DNA of 25,086 nucleotides from a virus (taxonomy: Duplodnaviria; Caudoviricetes): IMG/VR virus record IMGVR_UViG_3300030433_001699, positions 1 through 25,086 of that record; one strand, 5' to 3'. The notes beneath the pieces are model-generated. The model was not told the origin of the DNA. It worked only from the letters and a program-made list of their open reading frames with translations, and made no database searches. Positions 24,336 through 25,086 of the stretch are shown here, piece by piece (positions within the stretch are counted from its first letter, which is position 1; each line of letters opens with the position of its first letter). The position numbers and the translations under genes are program-made.

Positions 24336-25086
24336 GAATCAAATTGAAATTGAGGTTGAATTAACAGGAACAGATAAGGTGGAAAAGTCCATGAAAGGAC
24401 TTGAGGAAGGTCTTGAAGGAATTGGTGAAACAGGATCAAGACTTGTAAAGGTTATGGGTTCAACTAATGAACAGCTTGGAGAAGGTCTTGAATCTGTTGC
24501 TGGATCAGTTGGAGAGGTTAGGGAAGCATTTACACAACTTGGAGGATCGATTAAGAATCTTGGAACATCAGGAATGAGTGGAATCCTTTCTTTGATTGGT
24601 CCTCTTGGTTTGTTGGTTGGTGCTGGTGTTGCTGTGTATGAAACCTTTAGACAAATCACAGGAGCTGCACAAGAAGCAGAAGAAGCACAAGAAGCAATGG
24701 CTGCCGCGGCTGGTGATCTCCAAGGAAGGCTTGAATCACTTGCTGAAAGTGGTGTGATCTTAGCAACTGACGAAATGGAAAAGTTCTCAATGGCTGTTTT
24801 AGAATCACAGTTTGTAAAAGAACGGATTCAGAAAGCTCAAGAGAAGTTTGGAAAGAATTTTCAACTGATCAGAGAACAACAGCAAGCATTAAGAAAAGCA
24901 ACTGAAGAACTGACTTTTTCAGAGAGAGTCTTTGGCAAAGAGCATAGAGAAACAGTTAAAGCACAAGAAGCAGTTATTAAAGCTCAATACGCTTTGGAAG
25001 ATGTTCGATTTGTTGCAAGACGAAATATTCAATCATTCAATAAAGAATTAAGGTCTTACTTAGAAATCACTCGAGCGGTTGCCGAA
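24328..25086 (+). CDS. Tail tape measure protein (3'-truncated; absent from the ORF track)
   Basis: MAENQIEIEVELTG...; open to the window end; helical, Gly/Ala/Glu-rich with a hydrophobic segment; follows G/GT. Confidence 0.8.
   Translation, partial: MAENQIEIEVELTGTDKVEKSMKGLEEGLEGIGETGSRLVKVMGSTNEQLGEGLESVAGSVGEVREAFTQLGGSIKNLGTSGMSGILSLIGPLGLLVGAGVAVYETFRQITGAAQEAEEAQEAMAAAAGDLQGRLESLAESGVILATDEMEKFSMAVLESQFVKERIQKAQEKFGKNFQLIREQQQALRKATEELTFSERVFGKEHRETVKAQEAVIKAQYALEDVRFVARRNIQSFNKELRSYLEITRAVAE

Noticed and set aside
24339-24659. Minus-strand 106-aa ORF
   Set aside because: Shadow of the tape measure gene, which the track omits because it has no stop in the window.
1-25086. Stop-codon reassignment, tRNA genes, integrase/att site
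   Set aside because: Genes tile densely under the standard code using all three stops; no cloverleaf or recombinase motifs were seen.

Overview
This window is about 25 kb of a tailed dsDNA phage, probably a siphovirus. It starts inside a tail-fibre gene and ends inside the tape-measure gene, so it likely covers most of the non-tail genome. From left to right: a tail fibre, three paralogous small proteins, two membrane proteins (possibly lysis accessories) and a class II B12-dependent ribonucleotide reductase. A leftward operon follows (HTH, small membrane protein, RecT-like annealase), then a lambda-like replication module (HTH initiator containing five palindromic iterons, DnaC-like loader), an inverted holin-like gene, RHH and SSB. 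TerS is separated from TerL by T5orf172-like, ParB-like and ECF sigma factor genes. The rest is a Mu-like head module, neck and tail genes, a tail chaperone with a -1 frameshift site, and the tape measure. No integrase, DNA polymerase or endolysin is recognisable. The most unusual signal is non-coding: three candidate antisense-strand small RNAs (about 8487-8562, 13951-14038, 14077-14186). Each has a sigma70-like promoter candidate, a U-tailed closing stem and an exposed anti-Shine-Dalgarno sequence, and one is perfectly complementary over 12 nt to the RBS of the phage's own RecT-like gene. All family assignments come from motif recognition by eye; no database search was run.
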